Positions 28,546 through 50,099 of a stretch of 64,000 bases of DNA are shown piece by piece (positions within the stretch are counted from its first letter, which is position 1; each line of letters begins with the position of its first letter). The stretch lies in NCBI RefSeq assembly GCF_009914755.1, contig NC_060943.1, one strand, 5' to 3'. This DNA is from the human T2T-CHM13v2.0 reference genome, Homo sapiens. Under the pieces are notes generated by a model, which ran no database searches, was not told where the DNA came from, and saw only the letters and a list, made by a program, of their open reading frames with translations. The translations under genes were made by a program, and so were the position numbers.

Positions 28546-29186
28546 TGATCCTTTTCTCTGCAGGCTGTTTTAGTGTACAGCCATCTGCATTCCCACCCAT
28601 CTCTCTGCACCCCTTGCCTCCAAACTTAGGTTACTGGTGGCTCCATACTGCAAATCCCAATGGCAGTCCTCCCATTCCAGAGGTCCTTCCTCCCCTGAGA
28701 GCACATGTGGCTCTCAGGATGCCATGTGCTCCCTGTCCTCTGCCTCACTGGTGGCTCCTGCTAGTCTCCTATGCTCCTGCCTCTCTGCCAACTTGCTCCA
28801 ATGAAGAGAGCACGTGAGTTTGGGCCAGGCGCTGTGGCTCACGTTTATAATCCCAGCACTTTGGGAGGCCAAGGTGGGCAGATCACTTGAGGTTAGGAGT
28901 TGGAGACCAGCCTGGCCAACATGGTGAAACCCCATTTCTACTAAAAATACAAAAATTAGCTGGGCGTGGTGGCACATGCCTGTAATCCCAGCTAATAGAG
29001 AGGCTGAGGCAGGAGAATCGCTTGAACCTGGGAGTCGGAGGTTTCAGTGAGCTGAGATTGTGCCACCGCACTCCAGCCTGGGCAACAGAGCAAAACTTCA
29101 TCTAAAAAAAAAAAAAAAAAAAAGGCTGAGTGCAGTGGTTCACGCCTGTAATCCCAGCACTTTGGGAGGCCGAGGTGGGCAGATCA

Positions 29187-29453
<267 letters not shown>

Positions 29454-30479
29454 TTAGGGCTTCATGCCTACTCTACACTGAGGCCACCTGCTTCTCCAGC
29501 CTTGAGTCTGAACTGCAGACTCTGATCTATCTGCCTCAGCCACACCTCCACCTGATGTCTAACTTCCACCTAAGATTAAACATATCATGTCCAAAACCAA
29601 GCCCCTGACATCGCAACCTGCTCTTCCAGTCTTCCTCATCTCAGCTAACAGCAATTCCATCTTTCCGGATAATCAAATCAGAAACCTTGGATTCATCCTC
29701 AATGTCTTTTTCCCTCACACATTCCTTATGCGATCCTCCCCCTGCCCCTCTACCTCTGAAATATAAATTAGCCGCGGCACCACGCCCAGCTAATTTTTGT
29801 ATTTTTTGTAGAGACAGGGACCCACCATGTTGCCCAGCCTGGTCTGGAACTCCTGGGCTCAAGAGATACTCCCGCCTCGGCCTCCCAAAGTGCTGGCGTT
29901 ACAAGCATGAGCCACCGTGCCCAGCAATAACCATTACTGAATAAATCACTCAATCAGTTTGCTTGTAACTCTATCACTTTGGGACGTCACGCCCGTAATC
30001 TCATCACTTTGGGAGGCCCAGGTGGGAAGATCGCTTGAAGCCAGGAGTTCCAGACCAGCCTGGGAAACAGAGTGAGACCCTTCATCTCTACAAAATTACA
30101 AAAATTAGCCTTGAGTCTGTAGTCCCAGCTACTCGGCAAGCTGAAGTGGGAAGCTTGCGCCCAGGAGGTCGAGGCTGCAATGAGCTATGATCGCGCCACT
30201 GCACTCCAGCCTCGGCGACACAGCAAGACTCACTCTCAAAAAAAAAAAAAAAAGTCCAAACAAAATCTACGGATGAGCCCCAGAAGCTCATTTTGCCCAG
30301 GGACTACAGTCTCCCCATCCCATGAATGGGGTCTGGCTTGCACAAGGAATGCAGAGGCCTCAGCCTGTCCTGTGACAACGTTAAGTCCAAGAGCGCCAAA
30401 AGGGGATGGCAGAGGAGTCATCCCCCGAATCTGCTGGTACCCAAGAGGTGGGGGGTTGGCTGTTCCTCCAGACTCACTA

Positions 30480-30960
30480 AAGCTTCGGCATCGCCTCCCG
30501 ACGGCCGCCGGGAGGAGCCAGGCGTCCCGGTAGTCGCGCTTGGAAGGATGGGGTCGGGGGGAGTCAGTCTCCCCGACCGGCTTTCCCCCAAGCTCGAGGT
30601 CCCAGGAGCCTCCTCCAGGACCCCGTAAACGCACGGAGTAGAGGAACTTCCAGTCCTGCCCACCCCCAACGCCCACTCGCACGAGCCGCACCAGCACTCA
30701 CCTTCTCCAGCTGCGAAAGCTCCGTTCACCCGGGAGATAGTGACTTCCGACTCCTGCCGGAAGCGGAAACCCCTCTCCTACTTTCAGGTCCCGGCCACCC
30801 CCATCCCGGACAGCCCATCAAATAGGCCCTGCCTCCTTCGCCGCTCCTCTGAGCGCACGCGTACTCAAATAGCAGCGCTCCGACGGAGACGCAGTGCGCC
30901 TGCGCAAGAGCCGGTGCGTATTTGCCTGTACCTACGCGCGATGCCAGTACTTCTGGTCAG
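30480..30960. promoter_or_regulatory. ELOF1: ELOF1 CpG-island promoter
   Basis: CpG-rich. ETS/GABP-like ACTTCCG 30743-30749 and CCGGAAGCGGAA 30757-30768; NRF1-like TGCGCCTGCGCA 30895-30906. Confidence 0.85.
30702..30760 (-). other. ELOF1: ELOF1 non-coding exon 1 (5' end approximate)
   Basis: Minus-strand GGAGAAG|GTGAGT donor at 30701. Probably splices to the acceptor ccacag| at 25874. Confidence 0.8.
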
Positions 30961-31059
30961 TTTCCAGGAGCGGCAAGTGAGGAATATGAAATAACCTTAT
31001 GGCTGAATCAGGGTGAAGGGGAAGCTTGTAAGCATGGAAGACGCTCTACTCAAACTAAA

Positions 31060-31170
31060 AAGTTCAAGTTCTGATCCAGCAGATGAAGAGGGAGGCCTGA
31101 GAGGCTGCTGTTCTAACTCGCTCCCAGGTGACTTCCATGCTGCTGATCCGCAGACCACATTTTGAGTGCC
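31060..31170. mobile_element. MER5-like DNA transposon fragment
   Basis: TTCTGAT...GGCCTGAGA...TTCTAAC..CTCCCAGGTGA...TGCTGCTG.TCC..GACCACA.TTTGAG resembles MER5A/B. Confidence 0.6.
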
Positions 31171-31241
31171 CAGATTGTAGTAGATGAGGTTGAGTGGACA
31201 GGCTGGGGCCAGATTCCATGGAGCCTCGTGGGCCGTGTTAA

Positions 31242-31463
<222 letters not shown>

Positions 31464-32137
31464 TGAGTAGGGATGGGGTCTCACCATCTTGGCCAGGCTG
31501 GTCTTGAACTCCTGACCTCGTGATCCACCCGCCTCGGCCTCCCAAAGTGCTGGGATTACAGGCGCGATCCACCCGCCTCGGTCTCCCAAAGTGCTGGGAT
31601 TACAGGCGTGAGCCACCGCGCCCGGCCAAGGACTTTTATTGGTTTTTATTTTTGGTTTTGTTTTTTTCTGAGACAGGGTTTCGCTCCGTCGCCCAGGCTG
31701 GAGTGCAGTGACGCCATATGGGCTCACTGCAACCTTAGCCTCCCGGGTTCAAGCGATCCTCCTGCCTCAGCCTCTTAAGTAGCTGTGATTACAGGTGCGC
31801 ACTACCATGCCTGGCTAATTTTTGTATTTTTAGTAGAGATGGGGTTTCACCATGTTGGTCAGGCTGGTCTCGAACTCCTGACCTCAAGTGATCCATCCGC
31901 CTCGGCCTCTCAAATTGTTGGGATTACAGGCATGAGCCACCACACCTGGCCTGAAAAAGATATTTCAAGATGGAGAGAGAGAGGGGTTAGCTGTGTCACG
32001 TGTCCCTGAGTTGAAGAAGATGAGGAAAGAGAATTGACAGTTGAGTTTGGCAAGGGTCTGGTCCCTGCGGACCTTGATAAGAGCTGTTGCATTAGAGTGT
32101 TCAGGAAGATAATTTGTAATGGAATGTATTTCGAATA

Positions 32138-32207
32138 CAGATGCTCTTTGATTTACGATGGGGTTACATCCCGATAAACCTATCATAATCAAGTCAGGGG
32201 CTGTCTG
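32138..32207. mobile_element. 70-bp Tigger-type (TcMar) miniature element with TA target duplication
   Basis: TA|CAGATGCTCTTTGATTTACGATGGGGTTACATCCCGATAAACC...AAGTCAGGGGCTGTCTG|TA; imperfect terminal inverted repeats. Confidence 0.65.
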
Positions 32208-33652
32208 TAGAGGGATCTCTAGGATATCCCCTAGGGGGCAGTGTTACCCTGGTAACCGTCAAGTGTAACCAGTAGAACTGCCCTCTTGTGAGACCCTTTT
32301 TCAGTGCTGGAGCAAACTAGAATACACACAGGATGGAATCATACTATACAGTTACCGTGCAACTTGCTATTTCCACTTAACCATCTATACACGTATACCT
32401 AACTTTTGTTTTTAGTAGCTACATGATTCATAGTGCAACTCTGCCATAGTATAATCAACGGTTATCCTACTGATGGACAATTCCTGGACTTTCCTGAGTT
32501 TTGCCACTGTGATGATGCAGTAAATGTCCCTGAATCAGTATCCTTAAGACTGGATCTTTAGTGAAGCATAGTTTTCAAAAAATGACATTTGTGAGTACAG
32601 TGTCTCACCCCAGTAACCCCAGCACTTTGGGAGGCCGAGGTGGGAGGACTGCTTGAGCCCAGGAGTTTGAGGCTAGCATGGGCAACATAGTGAAATCCTG
32701 TCTCTAAAAATAAAATAAAATAAAATAAAAAACAATAAATGATGGCCGGGTATGGTGGCTCACACCTGTAATCCCAGCACTTTTTTGTTTTTGCTTTTTT
32801 TTTTTTTTTTTTGAGACAGAGTCTTGCTCTGTGGCCCAGGCTGGAGTGCAGTGGCGTGATCTCGGCTCACTATAACCTCCACCTCCTGGATTCAAGCAAT
32901 TCTCCTGCCTCAGCCTCCTGAGTACCTAGGATTACAGGTGTGCGCCAACATGCCTGGCTAATTTTTGTATTTTTAGTAAAGATGGGGTTTCACCATGTTG
33001 GCCAGGCTGGTCTTGAACTCCTGACCTCGTGATCTGCCTGCCTTGGCCTCCCAAAGTGCTGGGATTACAGGCGTGAGCCACGGCGCCTGGCCCATCCCAG
33101 CACTTTGGGAGGCCAAGACGGGTGGATAACCTGAGGTCAGGAGTTCAAGACTAGCCTGACCAACATGGTAAAACCTTGTCTCTACTAAAAATACAAAAAT
33201 TAGCTGGGCATGGTGGCAGGCACCTGTAATCCCAGCTACTCAGGAGGCTGAGGCAGGAGAATCACTTGAACCCCGGGAGGCAGAGGTTGCAGTGAGCCGA
33301 GATCGCGCCACTGCACTCCAGCCTGGGCAACAAGAGTGAAACTCCATCTCAAAAAAAAAAAAAAAACAAAGACATTGAGTCACAGGATGTATATATCTTT
33401 CATTTTGTTCATGATTGCCACATTAGTTTTCTCTTTTTCTCTCCTTTCATCCCTTCCCTCTCTTACTTCCCTCCTTCCCAGCTTTGTTGGATGTAATTGA
33501 CTGAACATGAACTGCTCATATTTAAACCATGCCTGGCCGAAATTGCATGTTTTGACATACAGGTATATCATTAAAACATGACCATAATCAAGACAATTAT
33601 TTCCATCACCCTAAGAAATTTCCTCTTACCAGTAGCCGAGTGTGATGGCTCA

Positions 33653-33979
<327 letters not shown>

Positions 33980-34047
33980 CTACTCCAGCCCCTGGCCCTA
34001 ACTGATTTGTTTTTGGTTCCTGTAACTTTGTCTTTTTCAGAAAGTCA

Positions 34048-34479
<432 letters not shown>

Positions 34480-34861
34480 TCACCCAGACTGGAGTGCAGT
34501 GGCACCATCATGGTTCACTGTAGCCTCAACTTCCCAGGCTCCAGCAGTCCTCCCACCTCAGCTTCCCGAGTAGCGGGGATTACACCTGTGCACCACCACG
34601 CCCAGTTAATTTTTGTGTTTTTTGTAAAGACAAGGTTTTGCCATGTTGCCCAGGCTGGTCTCGAACTCCTGGACTCAAGCAATCCACCTGCCTTGGCCTT
34701 TCAAAGTGCTTGGATTATAGGCATGATTATTATTCAGTTGTATTCTGTTATATGAATGTCCCACACTTTGTTTATCTTTTCACCTGTTAGTGACCTGTTT
34801 TTTGCATTGTTGCCGGTTGTTGAACAATTATTAGAGCTGTTATGAACCATTTCTTTCATTT

Positions 34862-36367
<1,506 letters not shown>

Positions 36368-36601
36368 GGTCTTTGTGTGGATGTTCATTTGCATCTTTCC
36401 CTGTGATTGCTTGCTTGCTTGCTTGCTTGATTGATTTTGAGACAGGGTCTCACTCTGTGGCCCAGGCGGAAGTACAGTGGCATGATCATGACTCACTGCA
36501 GGCTTGACCTCCCAGGCTCAAGTGATCCTCCCACCTTAGCCCCTGCCCCACCCTCTCCACCCCACCCTCTCAACCCCCTGAGTATCTGGAACTACAGATA
36601 A

Positions 36602-36769
<168 letters not shown>

Positions 36770-37222
36770 TGAAATATTTGATTCCTTCGGAATTTATTTT
36801 TGTATGTGGTCTAAGGTAGGGTTCAGGTTTTGTCTCATTCTAGTGCAAACTGACAAGGCAAATAACACCTCCTTTTCCATGAAGTTGCAATGCGACCTTG
36901 AACCTGTATTATGTTCTTAAATAAATCTTCCTGAATTTGTTCTTGGATTCCCTCAGTATTTTCCTGAGTCAATGCTATATTGTTTTTGTATTTGTTTCTA
37001 CTTTCTCTCTTGATATTTTCCCGAGCCAATGTTTTGTTTTGGTTTTTTTTTATTTTTTTTTATTTTAGAGATAGGATCTCACTCCATCATCCAGGCTCAG
37101 GCTGGAATGCCGTGGTGTGATCATTGCTCACTGTAGCCTCCAGCACCTGGGCTCGAGGGATCTTCCCACCTCAGCCTCCTAAATAGCTGGAACTACAGGC
37201 GTACACCTCCATGCCTGGTTAA

Positions 37223-37673
<451 letters not shown>

Positions 37674-38379
37674 TGACCCTGAGCCAGTGTGTTACTATTT
37701 TGATGACTGTATGTTTTGCTATTGGTAAGGCAGGTATCTCACCTTCTTATTCATGATTCTTGGCCTGGGATGCTGTTTAGGAAGTGGACATGGCCTGAGT
37801 GTCAAGTGACAGACAGCCTACTGGCTGCATGAGAATGCCAGTCCCTTTTTCAGCCTCTAGTTTGACAAGCAGAGTGGCAAGATGATAGTGTCTGTGACAG
37901 CTGAAATCAGGAGTGGTTGGTTGCTCAGGAGGATCGAGAAGAGATGAAACCCTGCCACTTGCCTGAGGGACTCTGCTGTCTCGTTTCTTGCAGGTTAAAA
38001 GGCATCTTTCCAAAAATGGCTGAACCTGGTGTGGTGGCTATGCCTGTAATCCCAGCATTTTGGGAGGCCAAAGTGAGAGGATCACTTGAGGACAGGAGTT
38101 CAAGACCAGTTTGGGCAACCTAGGGAGACTCCATCTCTCTTTTTTTTTTTTTTTTTTTTGAGATGGAGTCTTGCTCTGTCGCCCAGGCTGGAGTGCCGTG
38201 GCGCGATCTTGGCTCACTGCGAGCTCCACCTCCCAGGTTCACACCATTCTCCTGCCTCTCAGCCTCCCGAGTAGCTGGGACCACAGGCGCCCGCCACCAC
38301 GCCCGGCTAATTTTTTTGTGCGTGTGTTTTTAGTAGAGATGGTTTCACCGTGTTAGCCAGGATGGTCTCGATCTCCTGA

Positions 38380-38653
<274 letters not shown>

Positions 38654-39042
38654 TGACCAGGCTAGTCTCAAACTCCTGACTTCAGGTGATCCGCCCGCCT
38701 TGGCCTCCCAAAGTGCTGGGATTACAGGCGTGATGTACCATGCCCGAACACCATTTCTTAAAATAAATAAATTAGGCCGGGTGCGGTGGTTCATGGCTAT
38801 AATCCCAGCACTTCAGGAAGCCGAGATGGACAGATTGCTTGAGCCCAGGAGTTCAAGACCAGCCTGGACAAAGTGGTGAAACCCCCTCTCTACAAAAAAT
38901 ACAAAAATTGGCTGGGTGCAGTGGCTCACGCCTGTAACCCCAGCACTTTGAGAGGCCGAGGTGGGTGGATCACGAGGTCAGGAGATCGAGACCATCCTGG
39001 TCAACATGGTGAAACCCCGTCTCTACTAAAAATACAAAATTA

Positions 39043-39402
<360 letters not shown>

Positions 39403-39403
39403 T

Positions 39404-39438
<35 letters not shown>

Positions 39439-40202
39439 AGCCAGGTGTGGTGGTGTGTGCTTGTAGTCCCAGCTGTTCAGGAGGCTTAGGTGGGAGGGAG
39501 GATTGCTTGAGCCCCGGAGACGGAAGTTGCAGTGAGCTGTGATCACACTACTGTACTCCAGCCTGACAGCCTGGGCAACAGAGTGAGACCCTGTCTAAAA
39601 AACAGAAAAGTAAAGAAAAAAATAAAATAATTAATTAAGATGGCTGAGTGCTGGCTGGTGTTGTCTCCTCAGCAAGACAGAAGCTCCCTGAGGGCCAGCG
39701 CCCACCCTGATTTATTCCTCCTAGTGTCCTTGGGTCCCCAGCTGCCTGGCACAGAGCTTTGGTCCTTGGTGCTCGGTAGAAGTGTCTGGCTGATGTAGAG
39801 GAGGGAGCCTGAGTTACAATCCCCCCTCCCCTGCCACTCAGTCTTCGTGTGACATTGGATGTGTCACTTCTTCTTTCTGTGCTCTGGGCCATGAGAACGG
39901 GGTCCTTGGGCTATGATGGTGACCTCTGATTCAGACTCCTGCCTGTCTGGTGCCTCTGAGTCAGTGAGAAGAGCGCGGCTGTGACCTCCCTAGACTGTTG
40001 TGGTTAAGATTGAGGGACTGCCACTTCCTAGAAATTACCTTGGTCACAGTGGTTAAGCCGTCCAATCTAAGATAAATATTGTACCAAAAAAAATTAAAAA
40101 ATAAAAACCCACAAAAACACGTCTGAGCTTCTGTAATAGCCTCTGAGAAGCAAGGATGATTCTGGCCCCTGCCTCATGGGCCAGGATCAGAAGTGACGGT
40201 AA

Positions 40203-40361
<159 letters not shown>

Positions 40362-40954
40362 TGAGTAGCTGGAATTACAGGCGCCCGCCACAATGCCAGC
40401 TAATTTTTGTATTTTTAATGGAGACAGCGTTTTGCCATGTTGATCAGGCTGGTCTCGAACTCCTGATCTCAAGTGATCTGCCCGCCTCAGCCTCCCAAAG
40501 TGTTGGGATTACAGGTGTGAGCCACCACCCCTGGCCAGGATTGCATTTTGGAAAGATCACTGCTTAATTATAACAGTTGGCCAGACATGATGGCTCACAC
40601 CTGTAATCCTGCATTTTGGGAGGCTAAGGAGGAAGAATCACTTGAGGTCAGGAGTTTGAGACCAGCCTAGGCAACATAGCAAGACCCCATCTCTACAAAA
40701 CACACACACACAAAATTAACCAAGAGTGGTGGGGTGAAGCTGTGGTCCCAGCCACTCAGGAGGCAGAGGCAGGAGGATCCCTTGAGCTCAGGAGGTGGAA
40801 ACTGCAGTGAGCTATGATTACACCATTGCACTCCAGCCTGGGCAACAGAGTGAGACACTGTTTCAAAAAAAACCAAAAAATTGTAACAGTAACACATACA
40901 CCTTGTAACAAATTCAACAGTATTGACATCTATAAAGTAGCAAATTATACCAAG

Positions 40955-40956
<2 letters not shown>

Positions 40957-40994
<38 letters not shown>

Positions 40995-41002
40995 GCGCGC
41001 GC
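40957..41002. repeat. (CA)n(CG)n microsatellite
   Basis: Directly visible. Confidence 0.9.
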
Positions 41003-41190
41003 AAAGTAACAAATAAGCCGGAGCAGTAGCTCATGCCTGTAATCTCAGCACTTTGGGAGGCCTAGGCGGATGGATCACCTGAGGTCGGGAATTCAAGATC
41101 AGCCTGACCAACATGGAGAAACCCTGTCTCTACTAAAAAATACAAAATTAACCAGGCGTGGTGGCGCATGCCTGTAATCCCAGCTACTCA

Positions 41191-41295
<105 letters not shown>

Positions 41296-41399
41296 TCAAA
41301 AAAAAAAAAATAAGTAAAATAACAAATGAAAGGTGACAATTTCACCAAGTGCCTCTCCCCAGAAGTAACCTCAGTTACTTTTTTTTTTTTTTGAGATAG

Positions 41400-41522
<123 letters not shown>

Positions 41523-41912
41523 TGACTCATTCTTTTGTATTTTTTAGTAGAGGTGGGTTTTTGCCATATTGGCCAGGCTGGTCTTGAACTCCTGTCCTCA
41601 AGTGATCTGCCTGCCCCTACCTACCAAAGTGCTGGGATTACAGGCATGAGCCACTGCACTCAGCCCTGTTTACATTTTGTCCAGATTCATTTCACTCCGC
41701 TAGGCAGGCAGCTGGAGCCAAACAACTGGGTCCCTGCCGTGTAGCAGTTGCAAGTGGCGGTTGAGGGTGGGCCAAAGGAGGGGTTCCTGTGCCTTGCCTA
41801 GCGCTAATGGCCTGGGTTGCCTGGGGGTGGGTGTTACTTAACTCTCCCTCAGAGGGGAACTGGGCTCCCCTGCAACTGTCACATCAGGTCTAGCACTCTG
41901 CTTTCAGTATAA

Positions 41913-42171
<259 letters not shown>

Positions 42172-43317
42172 TGATCTGCCTGCCTCAGCCTCTCAAAGTG
42201 CTGGGATTACAGGTGTGAGCCACTGTGCCCAGCCCTGAGATAATTCTCCTTCTAGAAGTTTTCTTACACATTACTTTCACAGCATTGGTCCAGGGACCAC
42301 CACTGCAGCCTTGTTGGTAAGAGGGAAACAATTATTTATTTATTTATGTATTTTGAGAAAGAGTCTCGCTCTGTTGCTCAGTCTGGAGTGCAGTGGCGTC
42401 ATATCGGCTCACTGCAACCTCCGCCTCCCGGGTTCAAGCAATTCTCTGCCTCAGCCTCCCAAGTAGCTGGGACTACAAGCACACGCCACCATGCCCAGCT
42501 AATTTTTGTATTTTTAGTAGAGACGGGGTTTCACTATATTGGTCAGGCTGGTCTCAAACTCCTGACCTCAGGTGATCCACCTGCCTCGGCCTCTGAAAGT
42601 GTTGGGATTACAGGTGTGAGCCACCATGCCTGGCCTAGAAGGAAAGATTTAAAAAGACCACGGCTGGGTGCGGTGGCTCACGCCTGTAATCCCAGCACTT
42701 TGAGAGGCCGAGGTGGGTGGATCATGAGGTCAGGAGTTCAAGACCAGCTTGGCAAAGATGGCGAAACCCCATCTCTACTAGAAATACAAAAATTAGCTGG
42801 GCATGGTGGCGTGTGCTTGTAGTCCCAGCTACTTGGGAGGCTGAGGCAGAGAATTGCTTGAACCCGGGAGGCGGAGGTTGCAGTGAGCCAAGATCGTGCC
42901 ACTGCACTCCAGCCTGGCTGATGGAGTGAGACTCCATCTCAAAAAAAAAACCTCAATGAGGCTGAGCACTTTGGCACTTTGGCTCACGCCTGCAATCCCA
43001 GCACTTTGGGAGGTTGAGGCAGGAGGATCACCTGACCCTGTGAATTTGAGGCTGCAGTGAGCTATGATCCTGCCATTGCACTCTAGTCTGAGTGACAGAG
43101 CAAGATTCTGTCTCTCAAAACAACCCCCAAAACCAATAAAATCCTGCAAGGGGCACTAGCAAGGAGCCAGTGACATAAGGCAGAAGCTTCGTGGCTGTCA
43201 AAAAGAAGTGCGATCTTTTTCCTTGTTCCTGGGAATCCTGCAAACATGTCTGCCCCATAGGTAATGCGTAGACAAGGTCATTTGTTATGACATTGAGGAT
43301 TGCAAAATTGTTCGAAG

Positions 43318-43630
<313 letters not shown>

Positions 43631-44063
43631 TTACACCCATGTACTCCAGCCTGGGTGACAGAGTGAGACTCCATCTCAAAAAAGAAAAAAAAAAAAGTGG
43701 AGTGCAGTAACGGGAATGTGTGCAGAACTATGTGTATATTGTGTTGCTTTTGGTGTAAAAAATGGGAATGTGTTTGCAGTGGCATGCCCCTGTAATCTCA
43801 TCTACTCGGGAGGCTGAGATGGATCACTTGAGCCCAGGAGCTCAAGACCAGCCTGGGCAACATAGCAAAACTCTGTCTCTGAAAAACAGTCTGGAAGCAA
43901 TAGCTCATGCCTGTAATCCCAACACTTTCGGAGGCTGAGGCAGGAGGATTGCTTGAGCCCAGGAGTACAAGACCGGTTTGGGCAACAGAACAAGACTCCC
44001 ATCTCTACAAAAAAAAAAAATCTAAAAATTAGTTAGGAGTGGTGGTGCGTGCCTGTAGTCCTA

Positions 44064-44177
<114 letters not shown>

Positions 44178-44439
44178 CTAAAGAAATAATAGGCCGGGCA
44201 CGGCGGCTCACGCCTGTAATCCCAACACTTTGGGAGGCTGAGGCGGGCAGGTCATGAGGTCAGGAGATTGGGACCATCCTGGCCAACATGGTGAAACCCC
44301 ATCTCTACTAAAAATACAAAAATTGCCAGGCGCGGTGGCTCACTCCTGTAATCCCAGCACTTTGGGAGGCTGAGGCAGGCGGATCACGAGGTCAGGAGAT
44401 TGAGACCATCCTGGCTAACACGATGAAACCCCATCTCTA

Positions 44440-44778
<339 letters not shown>

Positions 44779-45254
44779 TCAAAAAAAAAAAAAAAGAAAA
44801 AAAAAAGAAAATAATAAAGGGAATGTTTTGATTATGGAGGCATAGACTATATAGAGAAAGAAAATGATTAATATTAGTTGCCCCTGGGGTGGAGGAAGAC
44901 TTGCTTTATGTTGTACCCTTCTTTCTGCTTGGATTTTATTGAATTAATTTTTTTTTTGAGACAGAGTCTTGCTCTATCACCCAGGCTGGAGTGCAGTGGC
45001 ACAATCTCAGCTCACTGCAATCTCCGCCCTCACCTCTCCACCCCCTTTACCCGCAAACCCCCTAGGCTCAAGTGATTCTCTCGCCTCAGCCTCCCAAGTA
45101 GCTGGGATTACAGTCATGTGTCACCACGCCTAGATAAGTTTTGTATTTTTAGTAGAGATGGGGTTTCACCATGATGGCCAGGCTGGTCTTGAACTTCTGA
45201 CCTCAAGTGATCCGACCACCTAGGCCTTGCAAAGTGCTGGCATTACAGGTGTGA

Positions 45255-45407
<153 letters not shown>

Positions 45408-45467
45408 TAGGACCATAGGCTCCTGCCACCACAACTGGCCAATTTTTTTTTTTCAGGCAGAGTTTAA

Positions 45468-45596
<129 letters not shown>

Positions 45597-45721
45597 TGAC
45601 TAACTTTTTGTATTTTTAGTGGACATGGGGTTTCACTATGCTGGCCAGGCTGATCTTGAACTCCTGACCTCAAATAATCCACCCGCTTTGGCCTCCCAAA
45701 GTGCTGGGATTACAGATGTGA

Positions 45722-45996
<275 letters not shown>

Positions 45997-46210
45997 TGAT
46001 CCGCCCACCTCGGCCTCCCAAAGTGCTGGGATTACAGGTGTGAGCCACCGTGCCTGGCCGGGTTTTATAATCACATCCATGGATAAGGCAACTTGGTCAT
46101 GGATGGGGTAAGAGATGGAGGCAAGGAACAGCAGCTCAGGGGAGCCCAGCCACTCTAACCAGGAGAACATAACACACCAGTGGCACTGGTTCAGCCTTGG
46201 CAACTATTCT

Positions 46211-46216
46211 TTTATT
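46211..46216 (-). terminator. ACP5: ACP5 polyadenylation signal
   Basis: TTTATT on plus, about 325 nt past the stop codon. Confidence 0.85.
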
Positions 46217-46539
46217 GAACATCAGTAACAGAAAGATGCTTGATTTAGGAGGAAGCTTTCCCTCCCTCCCTCCCCCATTGCACCCCGGAACTCAGCAAAG
46301 GTGAGCCAGCCACAGAGCATAACACTGTGGCTGGGACACATGTCCATGTGTGTTTCACATACGTGGGCATCTGTGCCACAAGGGTCATGTGGCACCACAG
46401 TTCATCAGCTGTGTTTCCCCTTCCTGCCCTGCTGCAGCGCCACAGGTTGGAGGAAAAGCCTGCCTGTGAGCAGGGTCCCGGCAGGGCCCACCCACCCAAC
46501 AGTGGAGATCGGGCCTCAGAGCTGGGCAGTCATGGGAGT

Positions 46540-48985
<2,446 letters not shown>

Positions 48986-49122
48986 TCAGGACACACAAGC
49001 TGCACAAGGCTGCACAAGCTGGCTTAGGGAAGGGGGGCGCGGTCTGTGAGAGGGCGAGCTGTACCAAGATGGCCCTGCAGGCCCATTTCACCCTCCTTCC
49101 ACCTAGCCTGCCCAGCACTCAC

Positions 49123-49360
49123 CCAGGGGGAGACACAGGCCAGTCACCGGAGGCTCTGAGAGGCTGGTGGGCTCTAGAGTAGAACTGCCGGTCCCTGAGC
49201 CTTTATTCCCTGAGGAGGAAGTGGATCATTAGTGAGGATGATGCAGTTTCTCCGAGGGCTGTCCCGGGAGCCCTCCCCTTGGGTCATGTGAGCCCTGGAC
49301 TTCCCTGGAGCAGGACACGGGATTGGGGTGGGGGTGGGAGGATCTGGGCACACGTGTGCA
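49123..49360 (-). promoter_or_regulatory. ACP5: ACP5 proximal (myeloid/osteoclast-type) promoter and non-coding exon ending at 49123
   Basis: Donor TGG|GTGAGT at 49122, PU.1-type GAGGAAGT 49215-49222, MITF M-box GGTCATGTGA 49282-49291, E-box palindrome GCACACGTGTGC 49348-49359. MITF/PU.1 control of TRAP is established. Confidence 0.85.
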
Positions 49361-50099
49361 GCAGCCTCGGCCCACACAGCCTCCGGGTGGACCTGCAGGG
49401 GCCTGTTTGTGCTGTAGGCTTGACACGTCCAGGTATCTCTGTGTGTCTGTGTATCTCAGTGTGAGTGTGTGTGTGTGTGCACACTTGAGAGGCTGTGGCT
49501 GTGATTACCCAAGACACATCTCCTGCACCTTCTTTCTCTGAGTAAGGGCTTACCTGTGTGTGTCTGGGTGTGTCTTGCTTCCTGCGTGCAGCTGAGCATG
49601 CCTACCTGGGCCTCGGCTCTGTACCTGATGGTGTTGCTGCAGACATGTATGCTGAGCCTGCGAGGCCTGTGTGGCTTGTCTGCGATGCACGCCTGTGTTC
49701 TCACGTGGCACTGGGTGGGAATCCCTATGGATGGAGTTTTGTGTGTGTCCATGTGTGTGTGCCTGGGTTGCATCTCTAGGATGGGTTGCGTGTCTGGTGT
49801 GGGAGCTGTGTTTGACAACATCTGGGTGGGGGACTCCGCGTGTGTCCCCGTCCTCCCCCTGCCCTCTCTCCATCCCACACATAAACACCAACGGGCTTCC
49901 CTTTTCCAGGAAGTCCTGCCCACACCCTCCCCTCCCCCCAGACTCCCATTCCTGCAGGAGGAACCAGGCAGGAGGCAGCTAGCTGGTGATAGCGCGCGTG
50001 ACCACAGACCTCTGACCCTCATAGTCTCAGCAGCTGTCTGCAGGCCCTCCACGGGACCGCAGCCTGGGAGGGCAGGAGGCCCTGCACCTGCGGCCGGTC

